A program made the translations under genes and the position numbers. Positions 18,801 through 26,668 of a DNA stretch of 44,635 nucleotides are shown one piece after another. The notes below the pieces were generated by a model, which was not told where the DNA came from, searched no databases, and saw nothing but the letters and a program-made list of their open reading frames with translations. Positions within the stretch are counted from its first letter, which is position 1. Each line of letters opens with the position of its first letter. The stretch is from NCBI GenBank assembly GCA_039589315.1, contig JBDHHQ010000034.1, positions 1-44,635 on the forward strand. The letters run 5' to 3'. Origin of the DNA: Gemmatimonadota bacterium (GTDB lineage: Bacteria > Gemmatimonadota > Gemmatimonadetes > Longimicrobiales > Gaopeijiaceae).

Positions 18801-20144
18801 AGCCTCGCCCCTCTGCTCGAAGACCAGGTGCGCAGAATCGAGGCGTGGGGCACGTCGCGGTTCGGCGACCCGAGCCGACCGCTCCTCCTCTCCGTCCGAG
18901 GCGGGGCCCCCGTCAGCATGCCCGGTATGTTGGACAGCTTCCTGAACGTGGGCATCAACCAGGAGATCGCCGCGGGGGTCGCGGCCCTCCGCGGCCGGCC
19001 CTGGGCCGCTTGGGACGCCTACCGTCGATTCCTCCAGTTCTGGGGCATGAGCCAGGGGGTGGACCGGGACCTGTTCGACGACCTCATCCGAGCTGCCAAA
19101 CGACGGGCCTCGGTGCCAAAGAAGGCGCTGCTGCCGTGGAGGGAGATGCGGGGGTTGGCCGGGCGATACCGTGAGCTCCTCGGGGATCACGGTGTCTCGT
19201 TCATCGACGATCCGTTCGAACAGTTGCTGGCCTGTGTCGAGATGGTGGTCCGCTCCTGGGATTCGGACAACGCCCGCCTGTACCGCCGGGAGCTCCAGAT
19301 CGCCGAGTCGTGGGGCACTGCGGTGATCGTCCAGAGCATGGTGCTGGGCAACCTGCACGATCACTCCGGGACCGGCGTCGCCCTGACCCGCCCCGCAAGG
19401 GCAGTGGCCGGTCGGGTCGACCTCCATGGCGACTTCATCATCCAGGGCCAGGGCGACGACGTGGTGAGCGGCCTGGTCGCCACCTTCCCCTTGGCCGAGG
19501 GGCAACGCGACGCGGAGGCGGATGTGTCGGGCAGGTCCCTCGAGAGCGACTTCCCCGCGGTACATGCCCGGCTGGCCGAGATCGCCAACGCCCTGATCTT
19601 CGAGCACGGCTTCGCCCACCAGGAGCTGGAGTTCACCTTCGAGAGCGAGAGGCCCGAGGACGTGTACGTACTGCAGGCCCGTGACAAGGTGCTGGCAGGG
19701 ACTCGGACCGTGGCGGCCTTCCTGCCCACGGAGGCCTTGGAGCATTCTCGGCTCGGCACGGGTATCGGGGCCGGCGGGGGTGCGCTATCGGGCCGGGTCG
19801 CACAGAGCGCAGAAGAGATCGAACGGCTCTCGCGTCAGTTCCCCGGCGACCCCATCATTCTGCTCCGGCCTGACACTGTGCCCGACGACGTGCACCTGGT
19901 GTTGCGCGCGGAGGGCGTGCTGACGGCGCTGGGGGGGGCAACGAGCCACGCGGCGGTCATCACCCAACTGCTGGGGAAGACGTGCGTCGTCGGATGTCGC
20001 CAGCTCGAGATCGTGAACGGCGCGATGACCCTGGGGGGGCGTCCCCTGACTCCGGGGGACCACCTGTCCATCAGCGGATTGGACGGCTCGGTCTACCTGG
20101 GCAGCCATGCGGTGGTCGATACGAAGATCCGGGGTCGAGGATGA
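15888..20144 (+). CDS. Giant PPDK-like dikinase: ~920-aa unknown N-terminal region, PPDK ATP-grasp domain and phospho-His swivel domain, with no PEP/pyruvate-binding barrel
   Basis: PPDK motifs start near aa 929: 'LGNKG', 'GFPVPPGF', 'PLLLSVRGGAPVSMPGMLDSFLNVG', 'DAYRRFLQ', 'GTAVIVQSMVLGN', 'SGTGV', 'QGDDVVSG', 'ELEFTFE', 'YVLQAR', 'GGATSHAAV' (His near aa 1354); protein ends just after 'SISGLDGSVYLG'. Confidence 0.88.
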   Translation: MARALEENLRRTAIPVEIPEEHLLLLEITDHLHGVRRQTEALLREIHHRYAGWAQTLEDLHRHAMGDFYHYNNHPRGTEALEIFMDLYARVAAQAVPDTVRHDGVRRWLSYAEKIARESGQAAQRNTRALAVALARLREDFAIAPAHRVTASAGLKRLGIVLAASPGSLGTTNESGSSASSPAGIPGQPDAQWPRELLDRTLGLLADALDETYASWLERDDPALWLDGDDASDRPRAGGLPPGPGEEDPLPVAHAALTRYQESLRELDRSGPLVDCSAELLTLPDNGQLVRCYLERGRALPARETVGGARQRIRWFSRTLKQEGLTSLHGAALGEIRRCCAAVLTTAGEAEGQRFVEEVLELIRAGGFTSSVPGLDLVGTLGREVIATGKPPWVETVVDGIVDLDFQYPAFSGYTEEWKVRVNPAHLHNVRTYLAIIEADPGLARRLVAALVTQLKLGGTFLADTDLFQRDISSLLSRPIEPVYDQVKHLLKLFPAYFTDIGAEGDLRVVSTQLDEIRGRADPLCHFIRKLSHVESNPLLVPFVEDVARFWADGDPTHVRRYLPDKLYESLDIQDPNYQSLHRIFGALAQDEGGIEALFGLETADVEAKLRELTEEQPTDLEKARLLFKVREEIARKYRLDSTGLLERLATCSFVDASRVVGLGEALQEQREDQSLEILLEILEELQAVICTPGAPEPAEDIYLKRHVAVGIPSMYGSYREKRFEAIGLSFRVEALTTAMFARRLAAVDLSGLDAGGLSTVADWLRLLIRALRVDGCASHGLDASLEMLDQAVSTPGVTRHQFINVFQLFSRAIERLVQQRFLAVYEDTVERVVERRAARGLQPDSVGANGPGSVVARSEELVRELIADTFGLSLLDSLVARVLRGLAEQGQPTEAGDPGTVRGTPAPAERWAVPLSGASDERDGILHLGNKGYMLRRLTQHGFPVPPGFILTTELFKARSSAGQAWDPRRSLAPLLEDQVRRIEAWGTSRFGDPSRPLLLSVRGGAPVSMPGMLDSFLNVGINQEIAAGVAALRGRPWAAWDAYRRFLQFWGMSQGVDRDLFDDLIRAAKRRASVPKKALLPWREMRGLAGRYRELLGDHGVSFIDDPFEQLLACVEMVVRSWDSDNARLYRRELQIAESWGTAVIVQSMVLGNLHDHSGTGVALTRPARAVAGRVDLHGDFIIQGQGDDVVSGLVATFPLAEGQRDAEADVSGRSLESDFPAVHARLAEIANALIFEHGFAHQELEFTFESERPEDVYVLQARDKVLAGTRTVAAFLPTEALEHSRLGTGIGAGGGALSGRVAQSAEEIERLSRQFPGDPIILLRPDTVPDDVHLVLRAEGVLTALGGATSHAAVITQLLGKTCVVGCRQLEIVNGAMTLGGRPLTPGDHLSISGLDGSVYLGSHAVVDTKIRGRG

Positions 20145-20216
20145 TCTCGGCCGGCAGTGTGGTGGCTGTCGAGCACCACACCGGACAATGAACGCACAGA
20201 GGAGATCGTGGACTCA

Positions 20217-21479
20217 ATGAGCAAGCCTCGGCCCAGCGAGCCGCTGGGCATCAACGGCCTGGGCCGGATCGGCAAGCTTACGCTCTGGCATCACGCGTTC
20301 CGGAAGCACTTCCCCGAGATCGTGGTCAATCTGGGCCGCGAGGCGGGTCGAGACCTGGAGGCGGTGTGCCAGACCATCGAGAAGGACTCCACCTACGGGA
20401 GCATGCACCGCTTCCTCTACGGGGTGGGTGCCGAGCCCTGCGTGAAGATCGTGGACCGGGAGCGGAAGCTGCTGACCGTGGCTGGCGTGCCAGTTCATGT
20501 ATTACAGGAAGCAAGAAATCCTAAAGATATCAAGTGGAGAGAGCTAGGGGTGCGAATCGTCGTTGACACGACGGGCGCGTTCGGTGATCCGACCACCGCG
20601 CCGGAAGCGTCCGGCGGGGCGCTCCGTGGCCATCTGGAAGCCGGGGCCGAGAAGGTCCTGTACAGCGCGGCGTTCAAGATCAAGGACAAGACGCGCTCAC
20701 GGCCGGACGATTCCGTGCTGCTCATCTACGGCATCAATCACGAGGTCTTCGATCCTGCGAAGCACGACCTCGTCTCCGCGGCCTCCTGCACGACCACGGC
20801 CTTGGCCCACATGGTCAAGCCCATCCTGGACCGTCTCAAGTACTCCAACATGCTCACCGCCGCCATGAGCACGGTCCACGCCGTGACCAACAGCCAGGGC
20901 GTGCTCGACACGGTCCCCAAGGCCGGCGCGAAAGACCTGCGCAGGACCCGCAGCGCCCTCAACAACCTGATCCTCACGTCCACCAACGCCGCCGCGGCCC
21001 TCGAGCAGGTCATCCCGGAGATCAGCGAGATCGGCTTCATGGCCGATTCCGTGCGGGTGCCCCTCCTCACGGAGTCGCTGATCGTCCTGAACGTGACCTT
21101 CCAGTCGCGTCTCAAGCCCGACGGCAATCCGACAGTCACCCGGGAAGCGCTGAACGGGATCTACCAGGAGGTCTCCCAAAACGAGCAGCAGGGCCTGCTC
21201 GTGTACAGCGAGGAGCAGAACGTCTCCGTCGATGTCATGGGCATGAAGGCCGCGGTGGTCATCGAGGGCGTCGAGACCCACACTCGAACGGGCTTCGTCC
21301 ACGTCGACCTGTCCACTCTGCCTGGTCTCGACGAGGAGCTGGTCGCCCGGCTCGACTCGCCGATCGCGACCGTGCCCGTGACGCATGCCAAGGTGTGCGG
21401 CTGGTACGACAACGAGTATGGCAGCTACACGAACCTGCTGGCCGATCTGACGGTACACGTGCGGGAGCAGCTCGACTGA
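20217..21479 (+). CDS. gap: Divergent glyceraldehyde-3-phosphate dehydrogenase family protein
   Basis: 'GINGLGRIG', 'VVDTTGAF', 'HLEAGAEKV', 'ASCTTTAL' (catalytic Cys), 'STVHAVT' (His), 'SVRVP', 'WYDNE'; AGAGGAG RBS (GTG 20208 is an alternative start). Confidence 0.85.
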   Translation: MSKPRPSEPLGINGLGRIGKLTLWHHAFRKHFPEIVVNLGREAGRDLEAVCQTIEKDSTYGSMHRFLYGVGAEPCVKIVDRERKLLTVAGVPVHVLQEARNPKDIKWRELGVRIVVDTTGAFGDPTTAPEASGGALRGHLEAGAEKVLYSAAFKIKDKTRSRPDDSVLLIYGINHEVFDPAKHDLVSAASCTTTALAHMVKPILDRLKYSNMLTAAMSTVHAVTNSQGVLDTVPKAGAKDLRRTRSALNNLILTSTNAAAALEQVIPEISEIGFMADSVRVPLLTESLIVLNVTFQSRLKPDGNPTVTREALNGIYQEVSQNEQQGLLVYSEEQNVSVDVMGMKAAVVIEGVETHTRTGFVHVDLSTLPGLDEELVARLDSPIATVPVTHAKVCGWYDNEYGSYTNLLADLTVHVREQLD

Positions 21480-21501
21480 ACCGGCAGACCGCAGGGGCCA
21501 C

Positions 21502-22365
21502 ATGCGCGTAAGCGGCTTCACCATCCTCCGGAACGGGGTCAAGTTCGGCTACCCGTTCCAGGAGAGCATCCGGTCGCTCCTTCCCCTCGTGGACGAGATG
21601 GTCGTCGCCGTGGGGGACAGCGAGGACGACACCCGCGACCAGGTCCTGGCCGTCGACTCGTCCAAGATCCGCGTCGTGGACACCGTATGGGACATGTCCA
21701 AGCGGGTCGAAGGGATGGCCCTGTCCGAACAGACCGATCTGGCGTTGGAGCAGTGCACCGGCGACTGGTGTTTCTACCTCCAGGCCGACGAGGTGCTGCA
21801 CGAGAAGGACCACGACAGGATCCGGGCCAAGATGCACAGGTACCTGGACCGACCGGCCGTCGAGGGCCTGTGGTTCGGCTATGTCCACTTCCGGGCTGAC
21901 TACGACATCCGGGACACGCTGGGGTACCTGCGGGAAGTCCGAATCGTCCGTAACCGCGTCGGGATCCGCTCGCGGGGGGACGCTTGCGGGTTCTACCGGG
22001 GGAACGGGAGTCCTCTCCGCGCACGGGCGTTCGGAGGCACCAAGCCCGTGGGAGCCTACGTGTATCACTACGGGGGAGTGCGCCCGCCCCGGGTACAGGG
22101 TCTGCGGGTGGCGACGTTCCACCGTCTGTACGACGACGGCGCCCTGGGCGACCTGCCTCCCGACGATCAGGTGGACGACTGGGTCTACGACTACCGCGGC
22201 TGCGTGCCCTACTCGGGCTCGCACCCGGCGGTGATGGCCGGCCGCATCGCCAGCATGGACTGGGAGCGCCCGCCCTTCGATCCGGTCCCTCGCTGGCGTG
22301 ACCCGTACTGGTGGCGGGCGCGGCTCAAGAAGGCCGGGCTCCTGCCACGACGCTGGGCGGAATGA
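21502..22365 (+). CDS. Glycosyltransferase family 2 protein
   Basis: 'VSGFTILRNG...YPF.ESIRSLLPLVDEMVVAVGDSED', 'DWCFYLQADEVLHE', 'YHYG.VRPP', 'HPAVM'. Confidence 0.85.
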   Translation: MRVSGFTILRNGVKFGYPFQESIRSLLPLVDEMVVAVGDSEDDTRDQVLAVDSSKIRVVDTVWDMSKRVEGMALSEQTDLALEQCTGDWCFYLQADEVLHEKDHDRIRAKMHRYLDRPAVEGLWFGYVHFRADYDIRDTLGYLREVRIVRNRVGIRSRGDACGFYRGNGSPLRARAFGGTKPVGAYVYHYGGVRPPRVQGLRVATFHRLYDDGALGDLPPDDQVDDWVYDYRGCVPYSGSHPAVMAGRIASMDWERPPFDPVPRWRDPYWWRARLKKAGLLPRRWAE

Positions 22366-22453
22366 CGGCTGGGCCCGCGCCCTCGCGGCGGCTCGGGCCC
22401 TCGCTCAGGCGGTCCGCGTGTTCGTTCGAGCCCACCTGCGCCGGTGCTTCAGA

Positions 22454-22942
22454 TCACCGGTTCTGGGGCGGTCCTTCCCGGGCGCCGCAGCGATGCGGTC
22501 CCGGTCCCCGCCGCCAGGCGGCCCAATTCGGGTATCCGGTCTCGTTCCTGAGCACCACCGCCGTCTCCCCCATGCGGACCTCGGCGGCGATCATCTGCAT
22601 CTCACCGTCCACCTCGACCATGGAGCCCGTCACCTCGACCTCCGCCCCCTCCTCCAGCTGCTCCTCCTGATTGTCGAGGTACCATGCGGGACCCAGGTGC
22701 ACGTTAAGGGTACCGTCGGGTGTGGACAGCTCCGCATGAACGCCTTCCCCCCAACCGCGGCGCTTCGCCGTGACTCGCTCGACGGCGAGGATCTCGCCCG
22801 TCACCGTCTCCACGGTGGCTGCGTCGTAGTAGGGACCTTGCGGGTCCGCCGTGTAGCATGCGCACTGGCCCTCCAACGTCCCGACCACCCCCACGATCAG
22901 CGCACCGGCCAACAGGACGGCGACCGCCACGCGATGGAACAT
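22454..22942 (-). CDS. Exported OB-fold protein (resembles the MamS/MamX-like domain family)
   Basis: Signal peptide; 'YDAATVETVTGEI', 'VHLGPAWYL', 'GAEVEVTGS', 'IAAEV', 'LRNETGYPNW'; GGGAGGG RBS. Confidence 0.75.
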   Translation of the reverse strand: MFHRVAVAVLLAGALIVGVVGTLEGQCACYTADPQGPYYDAATVETVTGEILAVERVTAKRRGWGEGVHAELSTPDGTLNVHLGPAWYLDNQEEQLEEGAEVEVTGSMVEVDGEMQMIAAEVRMGETAVVLRNETGYPNWAAWRRGPGPHRCGAREGPPQNR

Positions 22943-22957
22943 CTCGCCCTCCCTTCT

Positions 22958-23001
22958 CTCGAGGATCGACTTGGGATCTGGGGTCGGCCTCGATCCTCGA
23001 G
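22958..23001. repeat. 12-bp perfect inverted repeat with a 20-nt loop
   Basis: ctcgaggatcga (22958-22969) and tcgatcctcgag (22990-23001), just upstream of the OB-fold gene RBS. Confidence 0.75.
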
Positions 23002-23128
23002 GTCGACCACTGGTCGCTGGACTGACCTGGATCGATCCACGCTGAAGATTACAGGCCCTGAGGCTCTTCGTCTGTCGGGCATCCTACGTTGGCGGGGGTC
23101 GGAGGGCGGCCGTCCTGGTCACAGTTGA

Positions 23129-23266
23129 GCGATCCGGTCGTCCCCACTCGAGACCGCAACCGGTTGGTCGGACAACGATGCTACAGCGACCTTCGAGATC
23201 GACGGCGAGACCCTGTACATGATGTACGGGAACGGCGTTTCGTCGACCTGGAGGCGGGTGGAGTAG
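23129..23266 (+). pseudogene. C-terminal gene remnant (lipocalin-like beta-barrel end)
   Basis: Reads ...PLETATGWSDNDATATFEIDGETLYMMYGNGVSSTWRRVE* with coding-like codons; preceded by an in-frame TGA (23126-23128) and no suitable start. Confidence 0.4.
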
Positions 23267-23405
23267 CGCCCCGGCGGTCTGTAGGAGGCGGTTACGGCTG
23301 AAGCCCCGCGCCCGACATCGAGCGTGGGGCTTTACCGCACCCGCAGGTCGGGGTGCTCAACGACGCGAGACCGGTTGGCCGGGGTGTTCCTCCCGGTGCC
23401 CGTGA

Positions 23406-23600
23406 TCACCCGGCGAGGGTCCCGTCGAAGCCGACGCGCTTGTGGCTCATGTCGCAGAACGGCTTGTTCTGGCTGTGACCGCAGCGGCAGAGGAAGGTGG
23501 CCTTGCCCTCCCGGGTCTCCAGCGCCTTGCCGTCGTGGTCCACGAGCCTGAGGTCGCCCTCGATCTTGAGGGACCCGTCTCTCGTGACAGTGATCTTCAT
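23406..23600 (-). CDS. CDGSH-type iron-sulfur (2Fe-2S) domain protein
   Basis: 'DGSLKIEG...LCRCGHSQNKPFCDMSHKRVGF'. Confidence 0.9.
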   Translation of the reverse strand: MKITVTRDGSLKIEGDLRLVDHDGKALETREGKATFLCRCGHSQNKPFCDMSHKRVGFDGTLAG

Positions 23601-23837
23601 CTGTTCCCGGCTCTGCAGTGTCGGCGTGACTCATCGTTGGCGGCGGGGTGTCCGGGGTCGGGCGGCGCGACGCGCCCCGTTTCCCGGAGCGCCTGAGACA
23701 GACCCCGCACTCCCGCGGCGGTTCCGGCCAGGCCGGTGGCGGTCCCGGCCGATTGGCCCCTATTGTGCCGAGACCCGGCCAGGCGATCCGCACGCCGAGC
23801 CCAACTGCCTCGACCAACTTCGCCCTGCGAGGGTCCC

Positions 23838-24455
23838 ATGAACGCCGGCGTCAGCCTGGTCCGTGCCTATCTGCTCCTCAACGGGTACTTCACGGCGACC
23901 GACATTCCGGTGATTCGCCAGAGCACCAAGGGGGGCTACCGGGAGCTCACGGACATCGACGTGATGGGCGTACGCTTTCCATTCGCGGCCCACGTGGTGC
24001 CCATGGGCGAGCCGGGGCCCCACGACGACCTGAGCCTGCCTATCGATCCCAAGCTCGAGATCGACGAGAGCGTCGTGGACGTGATCGTCGCCGAGGTGAA
24101 GGAGGGACGGCCGCAGCTGAACGCCATGTTCCGGACCGACGATGCGCTCGAACGGGCTCTGGCCCGCCTGGGTTGTGTGCCCCCCGAGCGGACGGAAGAG
24201 GTGGTGAAGATGCTGCAGGAGTCGGGTGTCGCGCGCCTCGAGGGCGAGGGCCTCCCGGCTACGTGCCGCATCCGCCTGATGGCGTTCGGGGCCGGTCAGA
24301 CCGGACAACGAGAGGGATACTCGGTGGTCTCGCTCCGGCGGGCCGCGCGCTTCGTGGCCCGCAACCTCCGCGACTACCACCACGTGATCCGGCCCGCGCG
24401 CATCAACGACCCCTTCATGGGGATCCTCCACTTCCTCGAGAAGATCTCGCCCTAG
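23838..24455 (+). CDS. Hypothetical protein with PD-(D/E)xK nuclease-like motifs
   Basis: '[12 protein letters not shown]', '[11 protein letters not shown]', 'VIVAEVKEG'; strong coding bias; GAGGG before ATG 23838. Confidence 0.7.
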   Translation: MNAGVSLVRAYLLLNGYFTATDIPVIRQSTKGGYRELTDIDVMGVRFPFAAHVVPMGEPGPHDDLSLPIDPKLEIDESVVDVIVAEVKEGRPQLNAMFRTDDALERALARLGCVPPERTEEVVKMLQESGVARLEGEGLPATCRIRLMAFGAGQTGQREGYSVVSLRRAARFVARNLRDYHHVIRPARINDPFMGILHFLEKISP

Positions 24456-24622
24456 CGGCCGCCCCATGGGGCACCGTCGAGCAGAGGGCGCCGTGGTCGC
24501 GGGGGTGGGGGTTCCCGCAGCGGGACACCCGGCACTTCCAGCCCGCTCGCGGGTTCATCGGGGACGGTGGGGCCGGTAGATTCCGCCGAGGTTCGGCGGG
24601 TGAGGGAGCCGGCCGGAAACCC

Positions 24623-25885
24623 ATGCGAACGAGGCGAGCCAGCGTGAGCGTCTGGCCGAGAAGACGATCCGTCGACGTGGACATCGGCGGGGTGAAGGTG
24701 GGGGGATCCAATCCCGTGGTGGTCCAGTCCATGACCAATACGGACACGGCCGACGTCGCCTCCACGGTGACTCAGGTGAAGGAGCTCTCCGACGCGGGCA
24801 GCGAGCTGGTCCGAGTGACCGTGAACAACGACGCATCGGCCGCGGCCGTGCCGGAGATCACGGCGCGGCTCGCCGACGACGGCTACGCGGTCCCGATCAT
24901 CGGCGACTTCCACTACAACGGACACCTGCTCCTCACCAGGCACCCGAACTGCGCCCGGGCTCTGGCCAAGTACCGGATCAACCCGGGCAACGTGGGCACG
25001 AAGCACAGGGACGCGAACTTCACGGCCATCGTCAACGTGGCCATCGAGCACGACAAGCCCGTGCGCATCGGCGTCAACTGGGGCTCGCTCGATCAGCGGC
25101 TCCTCACCGAGCTCATGGACGAGAACGCGCGTCGCTCAGAGCCCAAGGACGCGCAGGAGGTCCTCCGGGACGCCATGGTCGAGAGCGGCATGCGCTCGGC
25201 CGCGCTGGCCGAGGAGACGGGGCTGGGTCACGACAAGATCCTGATCAGTGCCAAGGTGTCCGGGGTGCCGGACCTGGTGGCCGTCTACAAGCAGCTGGCG
25301 CCGTTGAGCGACTATCCCCTCCATCTGGGCCTCACGGAGGCGGGCATGGGCGCCAAGGGCATCGTGGCGACGACGGCCGGCCTCACACCCCTCCTGATCG
25401 ACGGCATCGGCGACACGATCCGGGTTTCCCTCACGCCCCGCCCTGGAGGCGACCGCGCGGAAGAGGTCCGGGTGGCCCAGCAGGTCCTCCAGTCACTGGG
25501 CATCCGGAGCTTCCAGCCCCAGGTGACGTCCTGTCCGGGCTGCGGCCGGACGACCAGCACGTTCTTCCAGGAGATGGCCGAGGACATCGAGGCCTACCTC
25601 CGGGAGAGCATGCCCGAGTGGCGCACCCGGTATCCGGGGGTCGAGGAGTTGGACGTGGCGGTCATGGGGTGCGTCGTGAACGGCCCCGGCGAGTCCAAGC
25701 ACGCGAACCTGGGCATCTCGCTGCCCGGCACGTTCGAGGAACCGAAGGCTCCGGTGTACGTGGACGGCGAGCACTACACGACCCTCAAGGGCGAGGGGCT
25801 CGTCGAGGAGTTCAAGGGGATCCTGGACGACTACGTCCAGCGGCGTTACGGCGGTGGCGTGCCCGCGGAGCGCTCGGCCGGGTAG
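24623..25885 (+). CDS. ispG: (E)-4-hydroxy-3-methylbut-2-enyl-diphosphate synthase (flavodoxin)
   Basis: '[11 protein letters not shown]', 'IGDFHYNGH', 'RINPGN', 'RIGVNWGSL', 'LHLGLTEAG', '[10 protein letters not shown]', 'SCPGCGRT', '[12 protein letters not shown]'. Confidence 0.96.
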   Translation: MRTRRASVSVWPRRRSVDVDIGGVKVGGSNPVVVQSMTNTDTADVASTVTQVKELSDAGSELVRVTVNNDASAAAVPEITARLADDGYAVPIIGDFHYNGHLLLTRHPNCARALAKYRINPGNVGTKHRDANFTAIVNVAIEHDKPVRIGVNWGSLDQRLLTELMDENARRSEPKDAQEVLRDAMVESGMRSAALAEETGLGHDKILISAKVSGVPDLVAVYKQLAPLSDYPLHLGLTEAGMGAKGIVATTAGLTPLLIDGIGDTIRVSLTPRPGGDRAEEVRVAQQVLQSLGIRSFQPQVTSCPGCGRTTSTFFQEMAEDIEAYLRESMPEWRTRYPGVEELDVAVMGCVVNGPGESKHANLGISLPGTFEEPKAPVYVDGEHYTTLKGEGLVEEFKGILDDYVQRRYGGGVPAERSAG

Positions 25886-25932
25886 GTGGCGTCAGCTACC
25901 CGCCGCGAGGGACTCAGCCGGCGCCGCGGATC

Positions 25933-26427
25933 CTACCAGGGATCGCCAGCGGTTTGGGTGAGCTCCTTATCCACGACCGTCCACCCCAAGCCGGGCCTGT
26001 CCAGCAGCGCCACGTTCCACCACTCCCGGCCGATCTGGCCGCCGTCGCCGGCGCCGTCCTTGAGGAGCATCACGGCCATGTAGAGCACCCCGCTCCTGAC
26101 CGGCTCGGGCATGAGGAACTGGAAGATCACACCGCCGTCCTTCACCCGGCAGGTGGATTTCTCGCTCACGTCTCTGCAATCGATGGCCTCCGCCGGCTCG
26201 GCGATGCGAACCTGGAAGCGCGTCTCCAGGACGTCGAGGTGCTGCTGGTTGATCCGGACGGTTCCTTCGATCTGGGGGGCGGCAATGATCGGGGAGATGT
26301 AGACCACGGTGTCGCCTCGCGGATGAAGCTCCCGCACGACCGCCTCCACTGCTTTCTGATCGGTGTGTTGGGCCGATCCCGGCGACGCGGCCAGCGTGGC
26401 GACGACGAGTGCAAAGAGAGCGCGCAT
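25933..26427 (-). CDS. Secreted hypothetical protein
   Basis: Signal peptide 'MRALFALVVATLAASPGSA-Q'; a Cys pair; coding-like composition. Confidence 0.65.
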   Translation of the reverse strand: MRALFALVVATLAASPGSAQHTDQKAVEAVVRELHPRGDTVVYISPIIAAPQIEGTVRINQQHLDVLETRFQVRIAEPAEAIDCRDVSEKSTCRVKDGGVIFQFLMPEPVRSGVLYMAVMLLKDGAGDGGQIGREWWNVALLDRPGLGWTVVDKELTQTAGDPW

Positions 26428-26668
26428 GGGTGCCCGTTCGTGGAATGCGACTGCCAAAGCTCGAAATATAGGTGATCCACTCCTGCGGGCGGAGCGGTAG
26501 GCTCGAAATCCCATTGACCCCGCTGAGGGTCGCGGCCCATCGTTCTGCGCCCTGCAGGCTTCGACTACATCTGTCGATCTTGGCAACGCTCGCGCCCCGT
26601 CACGGATCTGAAGGGGCGAGCCACTCGCGACCACCGCCGTCCCGGATCCCGGGCAAAGAGGGAGCACC

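Noticed and set aside
22454..22942. Magnetosome island
   Set aside because: There is only one generic OB-fold protein and no other mam/mms-like genes in the window
23648..24622. Apparent 325-aa N-terminal extension of IspG (745-aa ORF)
   Set aside because: It is Arg/Gly/Pro-rich off-frame translation overlapping the real gene at 23838-24455; IspG homology begins near 24623
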